Positions 19,838 through 29,240 of a stretch of 64,000 bases of DNA are shown in pieces. The notes below the pieces were generated by a model, which had not been told where the DNA came from, searched no databases, and saw nothing but the letters and a program-made list of their open reading frames with translations. The first letter of the stretch is position 1, and each line of letters starts with the position of its first letter. Source of the stretch: a virus (lineage: Duplodnaviria > Caudoviricetes); IMG/VR virus record IMGVR_UViG_3300035208_007487; one strand, given 5' to 3'. The translations under genes and the position numbers were made by a program.

Positions 19838-20851
19838 TTAAAAAATTATTCGTATGTTATTCATAGAGGCAGTAAGCTCAATATATTGATTAATCTTTTT
19901 ATAATTACTTTGAGTTGGGATTGGTAAGCAATAATCAAATGTATTAGAATGTATTAAATATTTTGAAGTGCTTACTGAGAAAATAGAAGAATCTATTTGA
20001 TAATACATGCCGTATTTTTTATCATAAGGAGTTTGAGTAATTGTTATTACATCTGTATTAAATAACGTAGTTTTAATTAATTTTGGATAATACTTAATGT
20101 ATTCAATACCTCCAAATATAAAATCAAAATAATAGTCAAAATAATCAAAAACATAATTATCATCCTTATTTGAAGATAATATATTCTTGATTGTTTTTCT
20201 ATCTTTAACTATTAACTTAATATTATCTTTATCTAAAATAGATAAACATAAATCTTCAAATCCGCCAACTGGAGTGTAATAAATATAATAATCATCTAGT
20301 GCTAATGATTCTAAATTGAATAATGTTTTATATAGGAATCTTGGGTCAATTTGGCTTTGGATAGTGTTATAAATATTTGTGCCTATTTTTTTGCTAACAT
20401 CCATATAAAAAGATTCACTAAATATTTCTTTCATCAATTTAACTAAATTTTTAATATCACCATATCTAGTTATAAATTCATCATATGTAGGAGTAGATAA
20501 TATATTATCATTATAATCATATTCAAATTCAAATGTTTTTTTAGTAAATGGAAATCTCAAATTTCCGTCTGTAGTATTTTTGAATTTTAATTTAGGATAT
20601 GGAACTTTAATATAAGATTCTGTTATTGGGATAAATCGTAGATCTGGTTCATATTTTAATAATAAATTAACTTGCTTCTCATTTAGCAAGCCAAGCATAT
20701 TGCTTTTATTTGAATATATCCCACCTAAATATTCAGAATTATAATGTATAATTTGCTTATTTGGGTATTTTTCAGATAAAATTCTAGTATATATACATGA
20801 ATCTAATGAATCACCGTATACATTTATTATATTTCCTCTATTAGATAGCAT
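19838..20851 (-). CDS. UDP-galactopyranose mutase (Glf)-like protein, degenerate FAD motif
   Basis: Collinear Glf-like segments (YLGG, FPF, PVGGF, FDYYFDF.FG, PIP..N) but VYGDSLDS in place of GxGxxG. Confidence 0.55.
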   Translation of the reverse strand: MLSNRGNIINVYGDSLDSCIYTRILSEKYPNKQIIHYNSEYLGGIYSNKSNMLGLLNEKQVNLLLKYEPDLRFIPITESYIKVPYPKLKFKNTTDGNLRFPFTKKTFEFEYDYNDNILSTPTYDEFITRYGDIKNLVKLMKEIFSESFYMDVSKKIGTNIYNTIQSQIDPRFLYKTLFNLESLALDDYYIYYTPVGGFEDLCLSILDKDNIKLIVKDRKTIKNILSSNKDDNYVFDYFDYYFDFIFGGIEYIKYYPKLIKTTLFNTDVITITQTPYDKKYGMYYQIDSSIFSVSTSKYLIHSNTFDYCLPIPTQSNYKKINQYIELTASMNNIRIIF

Positions 20852-20869
20852 GTAAAAATATTTATAATA

Positions 20870-21073
20870 TTATTTTGCCGGAAAATACTTGATTCCATTG
20901 TATTCTATGACATAATTTTTAGAATATCGAGTTTTTTTAATATGTTCCATCAAAGCTTCGTTATTTAATACAAACTTGGTACGGCGTTCATCTCTACAAA
21001 CTAAATTACAAAAATCTATAAAATTAACTTTAAATATTGGCTTTCCGTTGAATTCATCTTCAAGTAATATCAT
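20870..21073 (-). CDS. Hypothetical protein
   Basis: 67-aa ORF with TATAAATA upstream. Confidence 0.55.
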   Translation of the reverse strand: MILLEDEFNGKPIFKVNFIDFCNLVCRDERRTKFVLNNEALMEHIKKTRYSKNYVIEYNGIKYFPAK

Positions 21074-21088
21074 TTAAAAATATTTATA

Positions 21089-21117
21089 TAAAAAAAGCTA
21101 GACTGATCTAGCTTTTT
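21089..21117. terminator. Bidirectional rho-independent terminator
   Basis: aaaagctaga-ctga-tctagctttt with A and T runs. Confidence 0.7.
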
Positions 21118-21152
21118 ATTGTTAATTATTAAAATACTTACTCACTTTTATC

Positions 21153-21356
21153 TCATAGGAATGTTTTAGTTAATGTATTAATATCTGCATCAGATAAATA
21201 AGTTGGGCAATATCCTTCAATTCCGCATTCATGTGTTATATTACCCAAGCCAAATAGCTTGCATCTTGCACAATCAGTTGAAAACTTATCATAATCCATA
21301 TTAATCTTATCCAAAATATCCAAAGCCTTAAATACTACTTCTTTACTTTTATTCAT
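21153..21356 (-). CDS. Hypothetical Cys-containing protein
   Basis: 67 aa, CxxC..C..C. Confidence 0.5.
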   Translation of the reverse strand: MNKSKEVVFKALDILDKINMDYDKFSTDCARCKLFGLGNITHECGIEGYCPTYLSDADINTLTKTFL

Positions 21357-21811
21357 TTTAGTAACTTTCCGTAAAATGTCTCAATGTAACTACCTGTCAT
21401 TACTCCATCAACTACGTCATACAATGCGAAATTTTTATCAAATATGTAATGTCTAGGGGATTGGTCAAAAGAAGCATTAAGTTTGTACCAAATTTTCTTA
21501 TTATCAAATTCAGGAACAAGTAATACCCTAGCTTTCCCATCACCAACATATCCGCTATCTTTTCCCCATTGTATTAGTTGATTATAAGCTTCCATGCATA
21601 CTCCACATGGATTATCTTTTTCCAAGCTTACTACACTAATTATAACAAGATTTGGCGACTTATTGTACTCATTATTTAAGTCTGCTTCAACTAATAACTT
21701 ACGGACATCATCTGAAATTGATGTAAATATTGACTTAAATTCATAATTATCTAGCTGAGTGTTATTCAAAGCATCAACTCGTTTTTCAAATTCTTTATCT
21801 AAATCAATCAT
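21353..21811 (-). CDS. Thioredoxin-fold protein
   Basis: PCGVC motif and cis-Pro-like SPRHYIF. Confidence 0.6.
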   Translation of the reverse strand: MIDLDKEFEKRVDALNNTQLDNYEFKSIFTSISDDVRKLLVEADLNNEYNKSPNLVIISVVSLEKDNPCGVCMEAYNQLIQWGKDSGYVGDGKARVLLVPEFDNKKIWYKLNASFDQSPRHYIFDKNFALYDVVDGVMTGSYIETFYGKLLK

Positions 21812-22816
21812 TTATTTCTCCAATATTACTTTACAAATTTCAGCAAACATATAAGCAATATTAACTTCTTTGCTCACGCATTCATTATGAAAATTATTGG
21901 CATTACCAATAATGGTAACAATTTCTAATTTCTTTAATGGATGAATTGATAATTTTTCAAAATATCTCAACAAAACCAAATATATATTACTATTTAATTG
22001 TAATTTAAGATGCGCCGCTCTAGCATTAGCATAATCGCCTTTTTCTAAGGCAGTGATAACTTCTTCATAGGTGAACTTTGAAGATCCATTAGGATTTGTT
22101 GTTAATTTACCACATAAATTAGATATCATCTGTGCATTATCTAATGCGGTTCTAAAATCTGGATAATTCGATTCAACTAATGTTTTTATAAATTCTAAAT
22201 CATATTCAACATTTTCTAATTTACAAATATTTTCAAGTCTATTAACCATTTTAGACTTTATTTCATTAAGATATTTTAAATTAGAATGATTAAAATCTAC
22301 CTTAATGCATCTAGACTGTAAAGCTGGGATAACTTTATCAATATAATTGCAAGTCATTCCAACTCTGCTAGTCCCTGCAATACTATTAATGGTTGAACGA
22401 AGTGGATCTTGGAATGCAATGGCATTAGCTCCATCTATTTCATCCAATATTATTAACTTAGGAACATTGTTATTTTTAAATGTATTATAATTAGAAAATG
22501 AAATGATCTCATTTTTAATAGTTTTTTCATCATCACATAATGATGCATTAATATACTTATATCTAGTTTTTATTAAATTAGCGATCATCTTAAATGTAGA
22601 AGTTTTGCCAGTTCCAGTCATTTCTGAAAAGAATAGCATATGCTGCAATTTACTAGGCTCACTAATTATTTGTGAAATAATTCGTTTATCTGCTAAAAAT
22701 ATTTTTTCTTCTAGCTCATTTACTTCATCATTTTCACTACAATGCTCAGGTAGGCAGAGATCATCTACGCTTTTGGGTGTATACTTCTCTACCCATATTT
22801 TATCGGCAAAATCCAT
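21812..22816 (-). CDS. Clamp loader large subunit (T4 gp44/RFC)
   Basis: WVEKYTP, GTGKTS, ILDEID, LQSRC, YPDFR. Confidence 0.93.
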   Translation of the reverse strand: MDFADKIWVEKYTPKSVDDLCLPEHCSENDEVNELEEKIFLADKRIISQIISEPSKLQHMLFFSEMTGTGKTSTFKMIANLIKTRYKYINASLCDDEKTIKNEIISFSNYNTFKNNNVPKLIILDEIDGANAIAFQDPLRSTINSIAGTSRVGMTCNYIDKVIPALQSRCIKVDFNHSNLKYLNEIKSKMVNRLENICKLENVEYDLEFIKTLVESNYPDFRTALDNAQMISNLCGKLTTNPNGSSKFTYEEVITALEKGDYANARAAHLKLQLNSNIYLVLLRYFEKLSIHPLKKLEIVTIIGNANNFHNECVSKEVNIAYMFAEICKVILEK

Positions 22817-22824
22817 TGTGTATC

Positions 22825-23640
22825 CTAATCGTTTGAAATTCTTGAAGGTGATACTAGTGACGACTCAATTATTTGATTTTCATATTTTATAGTAGCACTA
22901 CATAATACATTAAAATTATCATCTAAATTTAGTACTGATATTTTATAATCAACTCCTAATTGGCTCATCATATCGAAACATCCAAAATTAAATTTAAGCT
23001 CTTCCCCAATATTAATGTTATCAAAACCGTTTATTTTGTCTGATTCAATTTTGATCTTGTATTCTAAATCTTTTGCACTGTTAAAGCTTAAAACTATGCA
23101 ATTTTTCTTCAAAGCAAAATTAAAAGTTTCACATTTAAAATTCTTACCAGTGCAGATATCTACAATATCTTCTATTTCTTGATTAGTTAATTCAAAAGAA
23201 AACATTTCAGGATCTAATCTACTTCTATCGAATTTTTCTAAAAATCCCATTTCATCAGGATAAGAATCTGGATTATATAATTTATAAGACATTGAAGATT
23301 TATTGTTATGTATTTCTACAATATCAAATCCATTTTTGTCAATAATTCTACGCATTTTAAACGTAGGATCATTCCCATACCCCTGACGTTTACATGCATC
23401 TAAAAATACAGAAAAATCATTAAAAGTAATTGTATCTTCTGGAAATTTAAAAGAATATTCATCCATTGTTAAGGAAAAAAATACATTTTTGGTTGTTTCA
23501 TCAAATCTAGTGCAGCTAATTATGTCGTCAACTTTACGAAATACTAGATTTTTACCTAATACACATTTACTAAAAGTTAATGATTTAAAAATATTGTAAA
23601 ATTCTCTAGAAAATTCTAAACTTTTACTTTGCTCTACCAT
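22825..23640 (-). CDS. Sliding clamp (T4 gp45-like)
   Basis: Size and position directly upstream of gp44; FPE..I.FNDFS.FL pattern. Confidence 0.65.
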   Translation of the reverse strand: MVEQSKSLEFSREFYNIFKSLTFSKCVLGKNLVFRKVDDIISCTRFDETTKNVFFSLTMDEYSFKFPEDTITFNDFSVFLDACKRQGYGNDPTFKMRRIIDKNGFDIVEIHNNKSSMSYKLYNPDSYPDEMGFLEKFDRSRLDPEMFSFELTNQEIEDIVDICTGKNFKCETFNFALKKNCIVLSFNSAKDLEYKIKIESDKINGFDNINIGEELKFNFGCFDMMSQLGVDYKISVLNLDDNFNVLCSATIKYENQIIESSLVSPSRISND

Positions 23641-23909
23641 TAAGTTCCTGCTTTTACACTAGGATCGTTATTAATTACACATTTTGCATCGTGACTAGTA
23701 TACCAAACACCTGGATAAGAAGGATATTCCCAATGATTTTTTATTGGATCTTGCACTGGAGATTGTGGAAATTTAGTCCAATCTATTATTGTTGGAGTTT
23801 TATCTACAATAGTTTTTAATTGATTATATAAATCGCTGGCTTCTTCAAAAGTTAGAATATATTCATCATCTCCCAGCTTTATTTTAATTTCTTGGCTTAT
23901 TTTAATCAT
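23640..23909 (-). CDS. Hypothetical protein
   Basis: 89-aa ORF coupled to both neighbours. Confidence 0.55.
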   Translation of the reverse strand: MIKISQEIKIKLGDDEYILTFEEASDLYNQLKTIVDKTPTIIDWTKFPQSPVQDPIKNHWEYPSYPGVWYTSHDAKCVINNDPSVKAGT

Positions 23910-24220
23910 TATACTTTTCCTGTAGTTGAACCTAATCCACCTTCTCTAACATCTCCATTATCCAAACTATCGCCATCAATTAATAAAAATTTAGCAAAAA
24001 TACCTTGAGCAAATGATTCACCTCTAAGTATTTTTAATGTTTTGGTTCCTTGATTATGCAATCTAATAAATATTTCACCTTCATTTTTAGGATTATTGTA
24101 ATAATCACAATTATGCAAGCATATATGATTTCCAAAAAAATTGTGATTATTATCAACATTTAAATAATATATTTTCATGTCAGATATTTTTGTTAATGAC
24201 TTTACTTTTACAAACTGCAT
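23909..24220 (-). CDS. dut: Split-intein C-half (37 aa) fused to dUTPase C-terminal extein
   Basis: VKVKS..IYYLNVDNNHNFF..CLHN|CDYYNN..EGEI..FAQGIF..REGGLGST. Confidence 0.9.
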   Translation of the reverse strand: MQFVKVKSLTKISDMKIYYLNVDNNHNFFGNHICLHNCDYYNNPKNEGEIFIRLHNQGTKTLKILRGESFAQGIFAKFLLIDGDSLDNGDVREGGLGSTTGKV

Positions 24221-25157
24221 TTAATATCTCCAGTGTTTTACCATCTCGGTATTTTTTATTCTTAAACCACTCAGTTTCCCAAATAATTATAACACAATAC
24301 CCCTTACTTATTATATAAATTTCTCTATTCTTATCATATTCCCAAATTTCACTAGCTGTTTTTCCTACTTTACTGTTATAATATTTCTCATCATATACTT
24401 TTGGATTGCAATGCCAATAATCTCCGTAACATTCTATTGCTACATTTCCAATACAAAAATCTAAGCTATACCTTTTATTATCATCATTCAAATATTTTTC
24501 ACATTCAACATCTATGAAATTATTAATTAAAAAACTATTAACATTCTTAGCAAATTTAGACTTTCGTTTACCAACTCCTTTATTAGCACATTCAATCGAA
24601 CAATATATTTTATTTCTATGTTTAGGTGATTTAAAAATCTTCCCGCATGTTCTACATTTAATGAATTCATTATTATAATTATAATGGCATTCTGTTGAGC
24701 AAAATTGAACATTTTTTCTGTATCTATCGTATGCAAAAGATTTCCCACAATATATACAATTAGTAGTTATTTTTGTTGATACTTTTTTATTATTAAGTGG
24801 TCCATTTTTCTTAACAAATTCTATGTAGCATTTAGTTGAGCAAAATCTTGATTTATTTTTTACATATTTAAAGGGTTGATATTCATGCCCACAATTAATG
24901 CACTTTGAAAATTCACAAAATTTATATTTTAAATGAACTTTCCCACATTTTTTACAAATTAATGGATTTTTAATTTTTATTGGTTTTATAATAACTTTTT
25001 TATTTTTCAGCAATTCATCATGCTTAATAGTATTCCGATATACTACTGAACATTTTAAGCTACAGCAAATGTTGGGTCTATCTTTTCTAGCTTTAAATTC
25101 ATTTCCGCAAATTAAACACTTAACCAATGGACGCGCATTAATGTATTTCTTACTCAT
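24180..25157 (-). CDS. Free-standing Vsr/DUF559-like homing endonuclease with zinc-finger repeats
   Basis: Several CxxCG..FCS..C repeats; C-terminal IECYGDYWH..IWETEW. Confidence 0.8.
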   Translation of the reverse strand: MSKKYINARPLVKCLICGNEFKARKDRPNICCSLKCSVVYRNTIKHDELLKNKKVIIKPIKIKNPLICKKCGKVHLKYKFCEFSKCINCGHEYQPFKYVKNKSRFCSTKCYIEFVKKNGPLNNKKVSTKITTNCIYCGKSFAYDRYRKNVQFCSTECHYNYNNEFIKCRTCGKIFKSPKHRNKIYCSIECANKGVGKRKSKFAKNVNSFLINNFIDVECEKYLNDDNKRYSLDFCIGNVAIECYGDYWHCNPKVYDEKYYNSKVGKTASEIWEYDKNREIYIISKGYCVIIIWETEWFKNKKYRDGKTLEILNAVCKSKVINKNI

Positions 25158-25177
25158 ATTATAATATTTATACTAAT

Positions 25178-25738
25178 TCATATTATTGTCAATATTTCAT
25201 CATCTAAGGTTAAATCTTTAACAATCACCCAGCCTCTTTTAGTATAGACTTTTTTAGTAGCAGGAATTTTCACTGAATCTCCATTAGTTAATTCTAAATT
25301 AACCATATTGATGCCATCCACTTCAATAATTTCATTTAATAAATCTTCTTCTATTATATTTTTTTCTTCATTATATGAATAGACATTTTTTATATTTTTT
25401 TTAAGAACATCTAGCACTGAATATTCCCCACTTGGAGTAGATATTAATGTTTCGCCTGGAACACAATCTATTATTCCAACTGTGTTTGCTAATCTAACTG
25501 AATACTTAAATCCAAGCCCACTTCTAGGGTAAATAAATAAAGCTTCATCTGGTAACATAAAAGCTTTATATTTTGTGGTTAATATATCGCTCAATTCCCC
25601 TGGTTCAATAATTATATCAAATCCAGTATTGTTGAATATGTCATAACCAGCCGCATGCTTTGTAGCTCGGATTGGCTTTTTTAGAGTTTCATTTGAATAT
25701 TTTGAAACTACTTCAAAATCTCTATTTTTATCTGACAT
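25178..25738 (-). CDS. dut: dUTPase N-terminal extein fused to split-intein N-half (95 aa, from Cys at 25465)
   Basis: AAGYD, PRSG, NTVGIID|CVPGETLI..VYTKRGW..DL..DDEI. Confidence 0.9.
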   Translation of the reverse strand: MSDKNRDFEVVSKYSNETLKKPIRATKHAAGYDIFNNTGFDIIIEPGELSDILTTKYKAFMLPDEALFIYPRSGLGFKYSVRLANTVGIIDCVPGETLISTPSGEYSVLDVLKKNIKNVYSYNEEKNIIEEDLLNEIIEVDGINMVNLELTNGDSVKIPATKKVYTKRGWVIVKDLTLDDEILTII

Positions 25739-25825
25739 GAAAAATCCTTTGTAAATTAAAACTATCTTAAGCTAATTATAACAGTTAGTGAATTTATATA
25801 TCATAAATACTATTAAATCGAACAA

Positions 25826-26125
25826 TTGAGGGATAATATGTTTAAATGGATTTCTGAATTTTTTAGTGCAGCTAATGGAAACGCTTCTAGTAAAAGATTA
25901 GTTAAAATAGCTTCTACTATATCTGCAATAGGTATTGGATGGTATAGTATTATATCAGGGCATCCTCTTGATACTAATGTATTAATACTAGTAACTTCAA
26001 TAGCTGGATTATCAACTGGATCATATATATTAACTAACAAAAATGAAACAGCTAAATCAGCAATAATTAATACCATTAATACCGTAGTTGCGTCTGAAAA
26101 AGTTCCTGATAAGGATGATGAATAA
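25826..26125 (+). CDS. Putative holin
   Basis: Two TM segments, SSKR motif, coupled to the endolysin; CATAAATA upstream. Confidence 0.65.
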   Translation: MRDNMFKWISEFFSAANGNASSKRLVKIASTISAIGIGWYSIISGHPLDTNVLILVTSIAGLSTGSYILTNKNETAKSAIINTINTVVASEKVPDKDDE

Positions 26126-26583
26126 TGAATTCGTTATCTAGTGCATTAGTCTTTACTCTAAAATGGGAAGGTGGCTATGTAAATAATCCTAACGATCCAG
26201 GTGGAGAAACAAATAAAGGAATTACAAAATCAGTATATGATGCATATAGAAAAGATAGAAAATCACCGATCCAATCAGTAAAATTAATAAGTGATGATGA
26301 AGTTTTTGCCATATATTCACAACAATATTGGTGCTGCGCAGGATGTGATAAAATATCTGATGTTAAATTAGCAATAAGTGTATTTGATTTCGCAGTAAAT
26401 GGCGGAGTAAGCCGAGCAATCAGATATTTAGCTCTATGTAATAATGACTATAAAAAATATATAGAGTTAAGGATCGCGTACTATAATAAAATAGTAGCTG
26501 TTAACCCTAAATTAAAAGTGTTTCTAAAAGGCTGGCTTAATAGAACAACCAGCCTTTTAACGTATCTAAAATCTATTCATTAA
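26125..26583 (+). CDS. Endolysin, glycoside hydrolase family 108
   Basis: EGGYVNNPNDPGGETNKGIT and C-terminal F.KGWLNR. Confidence 0.92.
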   Translation: MNSLSSALVFTLKWEGGYVNNPNDPGGETNKGITKSVYDAYRKDRKSPIQSVKLISDDEVFAIYSQQYWCCAGCDKISDVKLAISVFDFAVNGGVSRAIRYLALCNNDYKKYIELRIAYYNKIVAVNPKLKVFLKGWLNRTTSLLTYLKSIH

Positions 26584-28291
26584 ATCCAGTATAATTATTT
26601 AAAATAGTATCTCGCATTGAAAATCCAAATGATCTATTTGACAAAATCAGCACAGGTGAACCCTGTGCTCTCTTATATGCAGTTGTCTTGATTTTTTTCC
26701 AAGCCAAATATACATTCTTAGTAATATCTTCCAAGGTATATCCCCATAAATCACCTGAATAATTGGATTCTGCTCGTATTGCATTAATAACTTCTTTAGG
26801 GGTCATGCCTTCTCGAATGAACAATTCACAAACTCTGCTCATAATTACATAATCAAAAGGATCTTCGTTACTATCTTCTAATTCTGCTGCTGGTTTTAAT
26901 GATCCATCATACAAGCATTTTGGAATTACTTCAACCATCTCTACTTTATTAATATATTCAGCTAATTTAAAGATCTCAGTTTTACTTAGATCCCCAATTG
27001 GCTGCAAAATTCCACAATAGTTTCCAATATCGCCAAATGAATTCCACCCTAATGCATTTTCAGTATGGTTTCCACAGGATAATAAACCGCTATTATAATT
27101 ATGAGTAGCAGAAATACCCAAAGCCTTTCGCAAAGTGGCTTCAAACGAAGCTATTTGTCCTGGCTTGGCATCTGGGTTGTTTTTCTTGTATACATCTATA
27201 TATTCAATAATAGGTTCATACTTTAATTCTACTCCTAAGTTAGTGGCTAATACTTGAGCATTATTTAAAGTAATTTTCCCATTATTTTTTGAAGGCTGAG
27301 TTATGAATATTACATGATCCTTATCCATAGCTTTAACGGCGAAATATCCAACTAAAGCTGAATCAATTCCTCCGCTAATATGAACTTGAGCATTTTCAAT
27401 GTGGCATTGTTCGTATATATGCTTAATTGAATAAATGATTGCATTTGCAATCATACCATATTTTGATTTATTTTCTAAAATATTGCTAGTATAATCCTCA
27501 CTAGTTAATTCTAAATCAGAATCATTCAAAATAACTGTAGCTAAATGCTCCTTAAATCTAGGAGCAACTTGAGTTACATAGTGTTCATTATTTTTATTGT
27601 GTGAAATTAATGATCCACCATCATAGCACATAAAATTCTTACTAATATCACCAATTCCTACACTATTAACATATAAAATAGGAATAATATTATGAATATT
27701 ATGTAAAATATTAGCTCGCTGCTGCTTCTTGTCAAAAGTAAAATAACTAAAATTTAGAGAAAAAATTACTTCAGCACCTTCTTCTGCATTTTCTCTAATT
27801 AAATCCTTAGAATAAGAATTCCAAAGATCTTCGCAAATTAAAACTCCAAATTTAATACCATTATAGTATAATACCTTATTACTCTTTCCTGCGGTAAAGT
27901 ATTTACGATCTTCATGATGATAATCATTAGCTAATTTTTGTTTATCATAAATTCCAATAATCTTTCCATCAGCCAAAACGAATGCACTATTGTATAATTT
28001 ATGATTATCGTCTAATCTAGGTGATCCAATGATTACAACAGTTTTATTATTCTCGGTTAATTTAGCAATACTATTAACCCTATCTTCACAATCATGAATG
28101 AAAGGCTTTTTTTCAAATAAATCACCACAATTATAACCGCTTAATGTCATCTCAGGGAATACGATAAAATCATATTGTAAATTATCCTTTACAATATTGA
28201 AAGCTTTATTGTAATTGTCTTCAACGGCACCCGTTTTGATCTCAATTTGAGCCGCTAAAATCTTTTTTGCTTCAGGCATCAAATACTCCAT
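26573..28291 (-). CDS. nadE: Glutamine-dependent NAD+ synthetase
   Basis: Nitrilase triad (FPEM, YDK, ICEDLW) plus synthetase domain ISGGIDS, GN.TE, PIGDL.KT, P.AEL. Confidence 0.93.
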   Translation of the reverse strand: MEYLMPEAKKILAAQIEIKTGAVEDNYNKAFNIVKDNLQYDFIVFPEMTLSGYNCGDLFEKKPFIHDCEDRVNSIAKLTENNKTVVIIGSPRLDDNHKLYNSAFVLADGKIIGIYDKQKLANDYHHEDRKYFTAGKSNKVLYYNGIKFGVLICEDLWNSYSKDLIRENAEEGAEVIFSLNFSYFTFDKKQQRANILHNIHNIIPILYVNSVGIGDISKNFMCYDGGSLISHNKNNEHYVTQVAPRFKEHLATVILNDSDLELTSEDYTSNILENKSKYGMIANAIIYSIKHIYEQCHIENAQVHISGGIDSALVGYFAVKAMDKDHVIFITQPSKNNGKITLNNAQVLATNLGVELKYEPIIEYIDVYKKNNPDAKPGQIASFEATLRKALGISATHNYNSGLLSCGNHTENALGWNSFGDIGNYCGILQPIGDLSKTEIFKLAEYINKVEMVEVIPKCLYDGSLKPAAELEDSNEDPFDYVIMSRVCELFIREGMTPKEVINAIRAESNYSGDLWGYTLEDITKNVYLAWKKIKTTAYKRAQGSPVLILSNRSFGFSMRDTILNNYTGFNE

Positions 28292-29240
28292 TCTTTTTGT
28301 ATATGTTAAAAAGTGCTTTATGTTCAGGCATGAAATGATCTTCTGTTAAGTCAGATTTACTAAATAACCTCAACTCCCCACCTTTCATATCATCTAAAGG
28401 AATAAAATTTGATCCGACTTCAGCTTCTAATACAAATAAAGCAGTTTTAATGCAATGTTTAGATTTCTTATAACGAGGATCATTGACTCTAGGTCCAAAG
28501 ATGTATCGTAAGTTATCAATAGATCCAGTATATCCCGTTTCTTCCTGAACTTCCCGCAAAGCATCTTCCTCTAAAGATTCAGAATCTGGATCAGAAAATC
28601 CCCCAATAAATCTAAATTTATCTTGATTTGGCTTTCTACCTAATAATACCCCATCCCCAACTAAAATGCAAGCATCTACAGTTTGATAAGCTGTTGGATA
28701 TTGATTATTTGCCAAATAAAATGCTCCTTTAATGAACATAGGATCTGGTAAAAATACAGTAGAGCATTGCTGACGCATATTGGTTGCACTTATGCCGTCA
28801 TTAAAATATTGAAATCTAACTTTATTGTTAAATTCTCCAAAATAATGATCAATAAAAGAATCTCTTCCACCCATTAATCCAACTTCATCAGGAGTAGTAT
28901 AATATTTGCAATTTTTGATTTTCTCATCTAGCATTTTGGACCACTTAGGCACATCATGCACATCTACTAATTCAGTAAATTCAATGCGGCTAATAGTGCG
29001 AATAACGTCCCCCATCGTTGATTTTGGAGTATTGAATACATTATATAATGCTCTAATTAATAGTTCTACCCTTACTTCATAAGGAATTAAATCAATTTCT
29101 GTTTTGATACTATTTGAACCAATTACTACTAGTACACTATTTGCACTATTTAAAGCGCTTGTGATCAATGCAATATGAGATTCAGTTGGCTCTGGTGCTT
29201 GGAATTTTCCAACAACAACTCCTAATTTATAGTTAGACAT
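28272..29240 (-). CDS. nadM: Bifunctional NMN/NaMN adenylyltransferase - Nudix hydrolase (NadM-Nudix)
   Basis: GKFQ..TESH, GRDSF, ISATNMR; Nudix box GGFSD..SLEEDALREVQEETG. Confidence 0.88.
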   Translation of the reverse strand: MSNYKLGVVVGKFQAPEPTESHIALITSALNSANSVLVVIGSNSIKTEIDLIPYEVRVELLIRALYNVFNTPKSTMGDVIRTISRIEFTELVDVHDVPKWSKMLDEKIKNCKYYTTPDEVGLMGGRDSFIDHYFGEFNNKVRFQYFNDGISATNMRQQCSTVFLPDPMFIKGAFYLANNQYPTAYQTVDACILVGDGVLLGRKPNQDKFRFIGGFSDPDSESLEEDALREVQEETGYTGSIDNLRYIFGPRVNDPRYKKSKHCIKTALFVLEAEVGSNFIPLDDMKGGELRLFSKSDLTEDHFMPEHKALFNIYKKNGVFDA

